Shown here: piece by piece, positions 1 to 14,400 of the stretch
How the letters are laid out: every line of letters starts with the position of its first letter
Position numbering within the stretch: position 1 is the first letter of the stretch
From: Lingula anatina
Taxonomy: Eukaryota; Animalia; Brachiopoda
Length of the DNA: 64,000 nt
Assembly (NCBI GenBank): GCA_051362555.1
Contig: CM120640.1
Location: 70,224,788-70,288,787 of the forward strand
Direction of reading: 5' to 3'
Notes under the pieces: generated by a model
The model's input: only the letters and a program-made list of their open reading frames with translations
What the model was told of the DNA's origin: nothing
Database searches by the model: none
Program-made: the position numbers and the translations under genes

Positions 1-2587
1 TCATTCATATATTTAATGACAGGAGAAGAATTGCACATATTTCTTTATCATTAAGCAAATCTGCTGGCCATTTGCTTTGGCTTAAGAATTACCTACCTTA
101 ACTAGTTACCTGTTTGGACTTCTTATCATCAAGGACTTTAAAGCTGCCCAGGAAGTAATGAAGTGCAAGGTCATGAAACTGTCTCAGTTGTACATGTACG
201 TCATATTAAGACGGCACCTTACCTGTGGGTCATAGGTCAACTCCTGCTGTTGTTTATCTAACACTCCATTATCTTTACCTAAGACGGAACCTTTTTTCTG
301 CACTAGCGACAATCTTCACAATGTTTACCCCTTAAACATTTCTCTAACCCTGCAAGACCTTGAAGCATCTACTTTGAAGTTTTTTGTCAGCACAATCAAT
401 TTTGATAATTCTAATAAAAAGTAGCAAATTAATAAAACTAGATCAGATTGTTTTATTTCCAATGTCTTTAAGCAGTGCCTGAAAAGTATGGGTGCATGAA
501 AGAGATTAGATATATGCATAGAGTCCATTGCCTTTTTCCCCTTTATTAGAATTTTTAATTTTATCAGGAAAAGTGCCAAATCAGAGCTATAACATGTCAA
601 TACATGATTGCCATGAAGGCACTGCTTACTGAAACTCCAGGTCTCCAGTCTTTCACAGAACTCGATGCATACAAATGACAAAGCAAACCCCAGATATAGA
701 ATTTGAATGTTTGTATTGGTCAATTTGTTAAATGTGAACCTTCATGATTAATTACTTTAAAACTAAGTCATTAATCTCTTTCACAAGATAGCCACATAAT
801 GCTCTTAAATGTGATGTTAACTAAAAATCTTATCTTATGGTACACTGCATGTACGGAGGGCAATTTTCTCTGGACATTTTGAAACTTTATTTTGTATACA
901 ATTGTCTTTTCGCACAAAAAGTATATAAAGTGAGACAGATTAACCACACGAGAGATTCCACCATCAAGCATATAATTGAATTTACACATTTAATTTAGTT
1001 AAAAAGTTTGACAAAAATTTTATGATTGAATTTGTTCATCACGTTTCTAATCAATACCTGGAAATGCCGTAAGGACATTTTGTGCTGATCCTGAATGGGT
1101 AGTGGAGCCATCTTCTCCAAATTTAAAAAGACGTAAGTGCAAATGATTGTCTGGACTTTATATGATTAATTATACTGATCAAAACTAGTTAATACTCATG
1201 TCTAATTGATGATTCAACATTCTGAACAATTACTTAGGTTTTTTTTTAAAGAAGTTAAAAGAAAGCTAAAGATAAATGTAGATATGTTTTATTGAAGCCA
1301 TTAGATTTATATACATATAAAATGACCAAATGGAAAATACGAGACATGCAGTTGTATGATTTTATCAAAAAATATCCTTATTCAATAAACAATGGCACAG
1401 TTTATGTTAACAGAACTGAAGTAGATCATGGTATCACCTTTTCATTTGAACACTGTTTCATTTGAAAATGAAACGAAGAAATAACCTTGGTCTAGTCCAA
1501 ATTGTGCATGTTGACAAATTTGTTCTCATTTGTAATAAACAGGTGCTTCTAGCTGCCATTTATCCCAGAGAAAAAATTCAATTTGTCCCTATAATGTAAA
1601 ATTAAAAGTTCAAATTGCATTTAATGTTATGAAAATATTACCTCCCACACTGAATATTGCTCAATAAGAACTACAACAAATAATCATGTGCTACAAGCAT
1701 GTTGGGCTTTGCTGTTGAATTGCTGCCAAATCGAAAAATATAAAATGGTAGCATCTATTTTCATAAATGTTTGTAAATAAATGTAAATTCTTAAATATAT
1801 AATTAATGAAGTTGATATCTGATTCAGAATTTGATATTCCATTTTTTTTTCAGTTTTCTTCAAAATATTCTACCATCTATGAACTGCCCCCTCTTCTAAA
1901 TATAGTTATGAAAATAGTACTACTGTTTTACAAGTGAAGCATAAACACTGCATGCATTCAAAGAAAAATTATATGTGCATTAATGTTTTCATGCAATTAA
2001 TAACAATAGCAACCATCATATATAAAAATATCTTCCACCCTTGATTATTTCACAAAATTATCTATATTTTGGAACTTTAACCTCTCATTAACCTTTCTAA
2101 TGATTGAGCAAAATGCATTTTATTGTTTGAAATTTAGGAAGGTATACTCCTTAACTCCAACATAAACATGTAGTTGTAATACTTATCAGTCAACAGCAAG
2201 CCTTAATTAATAGATACACTTGCTATATATGTGCAAAACCTTTACATATGTACATGGCTAAACAACTATAAAAAATGTACAACTCACTTATCATTCATGA
2301 TTTTTTAATTGATGGATTACGATGTGCTGAACAACACAAGTCTTTTCAGTTTTGAAAGACTGGAGAAATATTCTAAGGTCCTCATCCCAAATATCCCTGC
2401 ATTTTAATCTTAAAGCCTATTCCTTGTACAGATATGATGGCCTCAATTGAAATACATTATTCAATACAGGCAAATTACTTTCTCTTACCACCCTGAGCTT
2501 CTTAGGATGCTGGTAATGGCAGAGGCATGCTGACAGTAGAGAGGTAAGGTTCTGGGAGACCTCTGTATTTTACAAGAACTACTCTTA

Positions 2588-2838
2588 GGGGTGTTTCCGT
2601 AGGGCTATCATACTGTCTAGTGGGATCAACAAAACTCATGGGGAATTGTCACTAAATTGCATTTAGTTTAAGGAACTTACAAGTCTGGCATGCCTACTGA
2701 AGGGGGTAAATTATCTACTTATTAGCAGCTTCAGTAGGCGTGCCGGACATTTATGCTGCTTAAACTGAATGCAATTTAGCGAGAAGTCTCACAGAGTTAG
2801 ATCAATCCAGTTAGTACAACAAGGTTATGGGAACGCAG
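2588..2838. mobile_element. Older degenerate copy of the palindromic MITE
   Basis: Shares GTCTGGCATGCCTACTGAAG, CAGCTTCAGTAGGCGTGCCGGACAT and AATTTAGCGAGAA with 3619-3868. Boundaries approximate. Confidence 0.6.
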
Positions 2839-3618
2839 TATTAGAAATGACATGGTTTTGACACTGCACCTGGCCTTAGGTCACTGGTCTAAGTACCAAT
2901 AACTGCTCTAATCTTGGGACTCTTCTTTTTATATCTATCTTCAACTACTTCATCTATTTCTTTTTTTATTTACAGATCTCAGTACTAAATTCAAGAAATG
3001 CCTTCACTCCAAGAAGAGTACTGCTTGTACTCTCCAGTCAAATTACATTATAATCTAACAATACCAAAAAATAAATAAATAAATAAATAAAAATAATAAT
3101 AAATACTACTACTACTAATAAATGAACTCATTTTTTTTTACTGAGCACAGCCATCTTGGATCCCAATATGACATTTTCATATATGCAGTTTATAAAAAGT
3201 GAGGTCTGGTGCAGAATATGAAAATTCTCAATCTGGAAACTCCTGCAAAAATCACAAACAAACCACTAAAATGGCACCATCCATTTAACAATGTCCAAAT
3301 AGGATGTTTGCTTGATTCAATTAGAAATGGAATAATATTATTGGTGCCCTACTGATATCTTTGCTGCTGACAGACCCTGACAATACAGGGCTAATGTAGA
3401 CATTGTAATCAACCCTTAGGTGACAAGCCACACTGAGCTCTGGTTCAGCAGTAACTTGAATCATGCATGGGAGAACAAAGGATGATTACCTCAACTATTT
3501 TACATACTCTACTAATCTGGGATGCTGCACTGTGGGCCATGCAGCAGCCAGTAATGAATTTGTTGAAATAATTACAATGTCTTCTTCACAGACCAACCAG
3601 GTGAACAGAGTAGTCTTC

Positions 3619-3868
3619 GACTCCATTCCCATACCTAGATCGATTTAACAGCATCAATCCATCTCTGAAGGGTTTCTCAATACACTGCTTTCAGCTTAAG
3701 CTGTTTAGATGTCTGGCATGCCTACTGAAGCTGCTAAAGGATACTTAATTATCCCTTAACAGCTTTAGTAGGTGTGCCAGACATCAGAGCCACTTAAGCT
3801 GAAAGAAATTTAGCGAGAAACCCCTCAGAGATGGATTGATCCTATTAGATTGATCTAGGAATGGGGTC
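3619..3868. mobile_element. Palindromic MITE related to the 215-bp family
   Basis: Ends GACTCCATTCC...GGAATGGGGTC followed by TTA. Long internal self-complementarity and a shared GCCTACTGAAGCTG/CAGCTTTAGTAGG core. Confidence 0.7.
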
Positions 3869-4957
3869 TTAATCAGCTAGATCACTGGCTGCTGGACCTT
3901 CCAGTGCAGAGCATGGCAGCAGGGGTTATTAACAACTCCAGCAGCAAGGAAACAGTAAATTATCTACACATAGGGAGAAGTGATTCCTCACAATAATTTT
4001 AACTCCATTGAAAAACATGATGGCCACTACAAAAGTCACACACAGACAAACTTTGATAATGCCAACTGCCAAAATGTCTAATAACACCTTTCATGTCTTA
4101 TAATACCTATCAATTATTGTGCAACACGTATCACATATTTTTCTTACACTTCTAATTGCCGTTTGTGACTTGGAGCCGCGAATTAGTGATACATGTATCT
4201 ATTGCCAAGTTAATGACTTGAACTGTGATGTCATGTTCCAACTGTAGAAATACAGACTGCAAACATTGCATGATTGGCTGTGAACAATTTGTGAGGTTTT
4301 AGCCTGCTTTTATCCAGATCTCTATAACTAACCATTTGACAGAAAAAACTAGGCACTACAGGTGGAAGATACAAGAAACTGCATGTTAGAACTTTTGGAG
4401 TTTCAAAGTTGAAAAAGAGAAACATTTTCCCTTTTTCTCCATCTCGGAGATCACTAATCTGTGGCTCTGAGTCACAAACTACAGTTTATTTTATAAGGCT
4501 CAGGTTACTGCTATAGGATTAGTACAACTACTCATGATAGAAGAGGTAGCCTGTGAAGGCTATGTACTGTAACATACATTTAGTGCTCAATAAATATTAT
4601 GAAATAAAATTTTATTGCTTGCTTTGCCAGTTTATGGTGCCATGCATAGAGAATAAAACCACATAGTATATATACATCCACAAAGATCCAAATTTCTATG
4701 ATGACCCTAAACTGGAATGCTAAAACTGTCCTAAGATCAGCCCCAGGAAGTAGATGGTTTAATTGAATGTAATTGAATGGCATCATGATCATCAGGAGCC
4801 ATCATTTCCCTCCATTAACTTCTACCCCAGTCATTCTGTTAAAGGTGTGCTATCCAGGATGATCATAAAAAATTAAATTTTCCTTAAAATGAATATTACT
4901 CCTTTTCAAGGATCCTTGCTAACAAATAACCAGTCACTTCGACTGCAATGTATCAAT

Positions 4958-5138
4958 CAGGGGCGGATTGAGGATGTCGTCTGGGTCTTCCGGAAGATGA
5001 TCAGATTTTCAAGTTTACATTGACGGGTATCAAATTTTTTTCTGTCGGAAGACAGTCAAAATTGAGGATGGATCAACAAAGATAATTTGGATAATTTGGA
5101 AGACTGTCAGAAAATATCTCTGGATCCGCCCGTCCCTG
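4958..5138. mobile_element. Short non-autonomous DNA-transposon-like element (CAGGGGCGGAT...ATCCGCCC ends)
   Basis: Terminal inverted motif. The internal CAACAAAGATAATTTGGAAGACTGTCAGAAAATATC recurs at ~56805-56840. Confidence 0.5.
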
Positions 5139-5478
5139 TACATTCCAGTATAGTTGGTGGTTGTAAACATACAGTCTACTTCCTCTGTCAGTCTTAGAAC
5201 AGGTTCAGCTCATCTGTTTCTGTTTAGGCTATAATATACAGTACATCAGGGGACAGATCCAACGATTCAGGCATCCTCCATCCACACTGACAGTCTGCCA
5301 TGGTTTATATTATTCCAAGCCAGTCACATTAGTGACATGTGACTTTCAAGAAAAGAAGTGTCACCCAGAAGAATTGGAAGACCGTTTATACCCCTGAAAA
5401 TAAGGCCACAGCACAGTCAGCAAAAGAAGCGAAGGGCCTTTGTTCCATCTCCACTTATTCACCTAAAATTCTCCTGTA

Positions 5479-8400
5479 TTATAACGTGTATGGCACAGTG
5501 GTGTTGGCTTCGGACAGAATTCCTACTACAGATACTCCAGCGCCCCCTAGTGTGGTGTTAGCGGTGATGTTAGGAGTGACGGTCATCTTTCCTCTGGCCC
5601 ACTCAGGCATGGTGTCCAGGTGGTAGAAAGCCATACCCCAGGAGTTGATGGCCAGCACAATGACCCCCATACACACTATATTTAACACCATGCCTGATAA
5701 CATCTGGAAGGAACAAATACACATACAGTATGCTGTACATGTGAAAACAAACTGTCAATCAACCTAAGTATAAAAACTATTTTTTACCTGTCATCAAGAG
5801 CAACTTTTTCTATAAGATGCATTATTCTTGATAAATCAGATCAAAATGAGAACCTTAATTATTTCTTTAAATAAATGAATAAAAAAGAAAGAAAAGCAGG
5901 GGAAAGGCACTTGTAGATTAAAAATTCGACAAGATATGCACAGCTCCACATCATGCTGTATCATGCAAAGCAAAAAGCAGTTCTATTAACAAAAACAACA
6001 ATCTTTTTCACTACAAACAGTGCACTTTTCTAATAAAATGACTGAATGGAAAGCAAGAAATCCCCACTTACCAAGCAACAATGTCAAGCATGGTGTAACA
6101 GGGCACATGGTGGGCATGCAGTGGGGGCTGTTCAGCATTCACACTGTCTCTCACATCACACATTATGTCTACAGACACGTGTGGTAGGTTCATTCCAAAT
6201 TCCATCCACAAAACTTAAAGCAAGGAAGATATTGCTACCACTCTGAGAAGCAAAGCTTAAGCAAAGCATTATTAACAGACTAAATACAAGATATGCCCAT
6301 TTTATACATATATATCTCCCCCCAATATATATCACTAATACATAGGCTTGAAATAAGTACAAGCTAGCAAGTCCTATATCATAAATTATCTGACAGATGT
6401 CTCAAAATATAATTCTTTCACAAATAAAAAAGATTTTCTTCAATTCGGTCTTGTGGTGACTTGGCAAGCATATTGGCATACAGAGAAATACCTGTCCAGT
6501 AAGAAATGTGTTAGTTGTGACAGATGACAATTGTGACTTGCACATCACTGCACAATACCTGCCTTGCGAGAAATGTGTTAGTTGTGAAAGAAGACAATTG
6601 TGACTTGGACATCACTGCACAATATATAAGCACATGCTTCTGACATGCATTAGCTGCTTCTCTGTTTGGAATGAAACAGAGCATTTCATACATAACAAAT
6701 TACAACCAAATTATTGGCTGCACTTTCAACACTCAAGGCTTGAAATGACAAACTAATGTAGTATGCAGAACATTTTGTGTTTGAGGAATTTTCAAGGGGA
6801 CTTTCCTTGAAATGGTTCAAGATTCCTTCACTCCCAAAGAGAGAGAGATTAAATATTAAATTATGTGGTCACTTCTTGCACTCAATGACCTGGTGCTTCT
6901 AACATGTAATACATTCCCCTTTCAACGCCCTCCTTAAAGCAAAAGAAAGAAAAATAAGCACGGCAAACAGTAGTCATTGTAAGATAAAGATATGCAGATG
7001 CAGCCAGAGAAAAAAGGCGAAGTGTTTTGCTAAACAAGCTACGGGTTAAGATATGATATCTATGCTGAAAGCACAAAAGCACAATTAAATGTTTATAAAA
7101 CAGTAATATCACTTACCATGTCTTTCATAGTTAACCGTCCGTAGGAGTATACAATGGCGTTGGGTGGTGTTGCTACTGGCAACATGAAGGCAAAGGAGCT
7201 AGTAATGGTTGCCGGTATCATGAGGTAGAGAGGATGCACTTCTATGGCTACAGCCTGGAAGTGAGGGACACATGGTTAAGTGATGATGGGATGGGTAACT
7301 AGGGATGTGGAAATGACTTTCTTTTGCAAAATCTGCATGGTTACAGTATGTGCCAAAAACCATACATTAAAATACTCAAAGCTTCAGTTCCTGGTAAAAA
7401 GCTGCATCTTTAATAAATCATTTCTTGTGGTGGTATCTGTCCATAGTCAGAAATTTCACAGAGCAGACATATTAAAAACAGCAACTTCAGTTATTTTCTG
7501 TAATTAATACTTGTGGTTATGAATGTGGCTTACAGCATTAAAATCAAATCTTTCTATACTACAGGCTATATGAAGGGTGCTGGACTTAGACCCAGAACAT
7601 AAAGACACCAGGGTGTGAACCCTAACTTACTAGTTCTGCTAAGATTGGCAGAAAGATGGTTGCCGTGGCAACATTGCTGATGACGTTGGTGCATACTGAT
7701 ACTGCTATACACATTATAAGCATGATCCCCACCGCAGGTATCCCAGAAAACACCCGCATGGCTTCTCCTATCATCCTGGACAGACCTGATTCCTGCAACA
7801 AACAAGACAACCATTACACATGTAGCATGGATGCCCCAACTAGTGATATTTCTAAAATCACAATAGCTTCACCGCTATTCACCATATTTTATACAGCTGG
7901 GATTACACATTCATATGTCAAGGATGACAGGTTTGTGATAACTAAAACAGACACATTTGAGATGATTAAGCGTTTTGTATTACAGAGATCATATACCGGT
8001 ATAATTTCATGTAAAAGTGGTATAAAACTTGTATTAAAGTGCCACTGACACAAGACTTCATGTGCTTGTCAAACTACTTTATTAAACCATCTTATTAAGC
8101 CAAGTGCTTTGGTTACATTGTGTGCTGGGTTTGCACTAAAATGTATGTAGTGCCCATGGCAAATTAGTACAATGTACAAAACCCGTGATGTAACTCAATA
8201 AACACCAACACTTACATTGCAGGCCTGGGCCAAAGCAAACCCCCCTCCAAGCAGTACCACCACATTCCATGGCAACTTCTTCTGCACCGTGGACCAATTC
8301 AAGATGGGGGGTACGGGCCCTGGGGGGCTGTCGTCTGCAAAGTCACAGAAGATATTATAACTGTCTGATTTATGGGAAGTATCTCCATCAAAATGAAGTC

Positions 8401-11400
8401 ACTTGGAAAGATAGTTATGTTTTTCTGGTGGAATTTGGGAAAATGGCAAAATCTCGTGATTTTTGTGATGAATCTGAGCTCTTATAAAAGATTGTTTTCA
8501 CTGGCATACTAGTACATGTATTACATCAAAGGGTAATAATGTAATGGAGCAAAAGTCTGCATATCATAAGGGTGCAAGACACAATAAGATATCACAAAAT
8601 TTAAAATTTCCAAGGTTTACTCAATATGTATCTTCAGCTAATCGATAAAGTTTGGGAACTAATCTACCCCAAATCAAAATACAGTTACTTCCATACCATG
8701 CTTTGCTCTGAGACAGAAGAAGTTTGGCCTCTTGGATGGCAAAACAAATAATAACACAGACATGGCGATAGCTGAGGTAGCATCAGAGATATAACTGAAA
8801 CAAAAATATTCTCTGTAATTCTTCCAATGAAACTAAAACAATGTTTTTAAAGGAATAATTATATTGATTGTATTTTACTACATAAATTAATAAAATGTTT
8901 ACAAAAACATGAGAAAATTAAACAAAAATAGATACAATCATTTCCCAGTGTCACATTTGCCCTACTTTTATATCACCACTTAACATTTTAGTAAGTCACA
9001 TATTCATTTCTCTGAAATTTTTTTTTATAAAATCTTTCATTAACAGTTTACCTTATATCACCGTCTTTGAAAAAATCTCCCCATCCAGTGACAAACTCTG
9101 GTTCTCTGGTCAGCCATAGCACAGCCAGCGCTATAAAGTCTACCAAAACTACGATTTCTGCAAAACTGAAAATACAACCAACACAGAAACATAAATATCA
9201 ATACTAATAAGTATAAATTAATATATCAAAATCTTTAATGATGGCAATTAGCAATCATCACGTCTACTCATCATAAACCTGAGAACAACTGCAGATGTGA
9301 CCAAATGTACCAAAATGATTTTGCTCTTTTTCATGATCATAACCCCAACCAAATATTCTATGGACACAATGAGAAACTAACCATTTGGCTGCTTGTAAAG
9401 CAAAAAGAGGGATATATAACATATCCCCAATGAGAGAATCAAGCATGTTGCTCAATTTTATTCTGTTGAAATATATATTTTCTTGCAAGATAATATCCAA
9501 AGTTCAGTAAATATAAAAAATATAGATAATGAAAAAGGTCAACTACTTACGACATGGGTCCTAAATTGTCATAAGCTTTTTTTATAGTATACCCAGCAGC
9601 CGAGCTGTCCTCCTCTTTCATTTTAAAACAACAGTTAAACATTGTTCTGGAAGGTAAAATTACTACAACTAATTTAGGAATACTGATTTCTGGACACAAA
9701 CATAAATGTGAGGTTGCACAATATAGCACTTAATTTTTATATTATTAAAAAAAATGAAAATGTATAGTTACTGCTTTCAACAATTTTAATTCCTCCTTTA
9801 AGAGGCATTATTGGTAAGAAAACTATATCTATGAATCAATGGCTAAATAAATTTACATAGTGCAAAAGATTGCTGTTAAATCTCTAATCATCTGTTAGTA
9901 CACAGATTCAGTTATTTTAATACAACACATTTCACAGTCCATGAAGTAGGTGCATTCAGTTCAATGTCAAACAGACACAGTCATGCTTTTTGGACTCAGG
10001 GCCTCTGTTTATAAATTATTCTTTAGAGGAAAAATGTCAACAGGTTCTACATGGTCTCTGTCATGTACACCCCTTAACATCTGATCCCTAAACCACATTC
10101 CTTTCATTAAATTCTTTATGGAAACGCTGAAAACATGTCAAACTACTATTTTAATTTGGGCATACGTGAAAAACACTCCACCCTTTTAAAAACACGTTCA
10201 TTGGGATTGTTAAATACACGGAAGAGGACACTGAAGGTGAGACGTGCTCATCAGAAATCACCTTGAAACACTTCTTCATTAACAATGTGTAACATCATCT
10301 GTGTATTAATGCTAGTTGTTGGCTGATGCAAGGTGAGGAAAAAACAATAATGGCTAATTAATGCAGGCTAAAATATCCCATCCCATCTGAGGAATGCAGA
10401 CAAAATATATTGTAACGTCTCTCTTACCTTTCAACTGTATCAAACTAACATAAGCAGAAGCTAATAAAAGCAAACTGGTCATTAAAGACAAGAGTTACTT
10501 TGGTTTATGACAGAGCCAATGACGTCCAATCCAGCACTCTCATCTGAGCCCATTTATAGAAGACAGAGGCTACATATACATAAATGTTTATCTTTCAGCT
10601 TCATCTTCTTAAAAAAATAACATGAAGCCTCAAAAATGACTTAAAACCCACCAGGGAGTCACAGAAGACCCCAGGGTTAAAGTCATATAATTTTGAAGAA
10701 CACTTGCACATCTTTTCATCATACCTGACACTGCTTTTTACCAGTGTATGAAAAAAATATAACACGCCACAGACAGCTGTCCAAAACATCAGTTGTCCAA
10801 CTGTCCAAAACTTTTTTACCCAAGCTGTTAGTGACTCCAAAACTCACCTCCATCCTAGAAAGTATCCAGTTAGCCAGACCCATGCAACGGCTAATGCCAA
10901 CAGCATGGCAGGAAATGCAAACACAAACCATGAGCTAAAGTTGATACCAGCTTCTGAACCATATAACCTAAACAAAGATATGTAGTCACTCAATATATGC
11001 AGGAAATGTAAAGAATGGGGAATGAGAGTATGCAATTTTACACTAAGAAATATAAAGGTCATAAAGTGCATCAAAATGCATCTAAAACGAGGGAAAAAAA
11101 TTCAACCAACACTACCAACATGAACTGCTGTTTCTGAGAATAGAGATAAAAGTGGACAGCAAACCTGACTTAAGTGCAGAGTTCAGGAATAAACAGAAAA
11201 TTTAAAGACACCATGCAAATAATTAAGATATAAGCATGTCATTCCAAATAATTGAATCACACTGAAAATACAAATTCAGATACAATTTATAACAAAAAAA
11301 TGTCTGCTAAACAAATTTTGATCAATCAACAAATATTTTAAAACAGGTCAGTCACTTGTAATGACATTTAACATATCCAATTTTGGGGAAATCCTTCATG

Positions 11401-14400
11401 ATCAGACACTTGTCAAAAAAGCAAAAACAAAAATCAATATTCATGCAGTCCTGGTCCACACTTAAAGTGCACATGCAAAAAATAAATTGTGGGTGTTGCT
11501 GTAACATCCTCTACGCAGTTGCTACCTCCATCCCATGAAGAAGGAGAAAAGCCAGATCCAGGCAAGAGTTAGAGTTATCCCCACCACAGGGAGAGCAAAT
11601 GCAAGCCAAGTAATAAAGTTGATCCCGGCCTTGGGTCCATAAAGCCTGTGAGGGTAAAGCAGAAGCAGGGAATGTTTTATCCACATTCAAACAGACACAG
11701 ATTCTTACAAAATAAATAATTGAAAAAATGAAATATCTGTATTGTGCTCTGGCTATCTGAAAGTGGCAGTATATACATTTTCTCAATGAAATGGATTTCA
11801 TAGATTTCCCAAATCAATAGGAAGACATATTTCAAAAAGATCTGCATCTGTGTGAATGTTGTCTGAAACATGACAGCTAGACTATAAAACTAAAATGATG
11901 TCTGGCATATCTCATCTAAAAACAGTTCAAATCTATTTTTTACTACATGGCTATTAGAATTTTATGTCAGATAAGCACAATTACACTGTATCATGTTAAT
12001 ATTTTCTAATCTATTCCTCCTACTTCCATTGAAAAAACAAGTGCATGTACTATATTAAGTAAAAAAAGCAAGTGCAGTTTTGAATAATCATGTAGTAATA
12101 CAAACAGACTAATCAGTGGACCCATTTAGACCATGTTACTCTATCAAATCCAACACATTTGCTTCAAGCACTTCTATAGGTTCTATCACTTAAGCAGCTT
12201 CTATCATTTCTATAGCTTTTATCACTTCTATAGCTTCTATCACTTCTAAAGTCATTCAAATCTTCAGGCCACATGTGCTAATTAAAATTGGTTTATTATT
12301 CTATGCCAAACATAAATCAACAGTATTGCTGGCTCTTGTGGGGGGCAGTCTTTGGAAGGACTGGTATACAACATTAATAATGCCAAAAAAAGGTAAAATA
12401 TTCGGGGCAAACACATTTATATATTTTTCTTTAAAAAGGGGAAATTCTAGGAATGAATGCATTTAAGGATGGTTGTTTGTCTGTTCTTTGTCTGCTCCCA
12501 GCCCATTTTTCACCAGTCTGTGGCAGTACTTTCTGCATGAGGTCCCATGGAGGGGTATTCAATAAACAAAATTATATGATAAGAGGTCTTTTTGTAATGC
12601 AAATTAAATGAGTGCTGCAAAACATTTTGGGTGTAACTGCAATTTTGGGGTCAAAATTTGAAGGCCATTTTGAAGTTTTTAACCTGACTTTACTAAGACT
12701 GCTCTCCCCTATAAATCTTGGGTCAACACAAAATACTGTGACCTAAAAATGAAATAATATACATAACTTAATATGTGGGAAATGTGCTGTTTGGCAATAT
12801 CTACTATTACATTAGCTACAGTGGCATATTGACCAGAAGCAGTGAAGCAAAAAAATAAATATGGTAAATAAGTGGTCAGTAGCATTTAGAAAGCAGTGTG
12901 ACAAGTAACAATACAGATGAAATATCAAAATGGTCCTTTTTTCTTCAAATCATTCAAATTTTACATGAAACATCCATTTGTAGTATACAATAAAATTGAG
13001 GAAAAACTGAGGAAATATGAATACAATGAATTTTAAGAGAAAGCAGAGATCACTTAATCTGCTACTTTAACATTTGATCATGAAAATTTGATTTCTTTTG
13101 TCAAAGATTAGAAGTCTCAGAAAACAAGCAGTAAAGAAAGCACTGGAGCACAGCAACTGCCTGACTTTTACACAATGGTAAGAAAAAAACTCTTAATCAA
13201 TTTCCATACTTCTCTAAGGAAATGTTGATTCTGTCTACAAACAGGGATATTCAGGGGGCTTGCAATCAACCTGGGGTATTCAGGGTGTATACAAGGGGTA
13301 TGTACTTACGTATCTACCTGTCCTTTGATTACCAGATTGGGAGGCGTCCCTGTCAATGTGGCAGTTCCTCCAATGTTAGCAGCATGGGCGATACACAGCA
13401 GCATCCCTTTACACATGTTGTTGAAGTACTCATGGCTCTTCTTCATGGCTTCTGTCATGGCCAGCTCATTTGTACTGCTCATACCACTCACAAACCCATT
13501 ACTATAGTAGATAAATATATCCATACTGATAACAGTTAACTAAAAATAGATTTTTAAAAAGTTCTTTTTTTTTCATGATAAATTTCAGAAGTTTGTTCCA
13601 AACAAAAGTTAAATCAAATTATAACATCAAAAAATATATTTTCATAATTGCCCTTTGAAAGGAATATATGTATATGAGCGTTGACAACATCAATTACATA
13701 TACGTTGAGACTTGATGAAGAGAAAAAACCTACCCTGGCATCACCACTACATCCAGTGTGTTGGTGCTAGCAATGACTGTGTCTGATCCATCTGGGTCTG
13801 GTGGGGGGTTCAGGGGGACTACATGGAATAGTAAGCATGTTTCAACATAGAACAGCTATGGTTATTTCAAAATTACAAAAATGATTACAAATCCAAGGCA
13901 AGTCATGCCAAAGCACCATGAAGCACTTTATGAGGGTTTTATATTTGTGTCTCAAAAAAGCAGTTATCAAGATATCTGTGCTTAAAGTAGAGGCAGGAAA
14001 GAAAAGAAAAACATAGATCAACAACATAAGAAGGTTGGCAATATTTCAATTTTAAAGCCTGCAAACATGCTTTGTATAAATACATTCTGCAAATATTTAT
14101 CCTTCAATTGTTCCAGTAAAATAATATCAAGGTAATAATGGTAAAAAGAAACTGTGGCAAACTTTCCCATACCCATTTCTTCCATACTTCCAGCCAGCTC
14201 ACTGCCTTGGTTTTTGAATGATTGCTGCAGTTCTTGCTTTTTGCTCTCTTCCAGTTCATCTAGAACTGCCTGTACAATGGGCACCATCATGGCAGTGGTG
14301 GCTGTGTTACTGATCCACATGGAGAGAAAGGCAGTCACACTCATAAATCCAAACATTAGCCTAAAACAATTAAAACATTGTCATCAAGGTTCAATGTTAT

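Noticed and set aside
325-723. 132-aa minus-strand ORF
   Set aside because: Non-ATG start, low-GC random-like composition, no recognisable domain or splice support.
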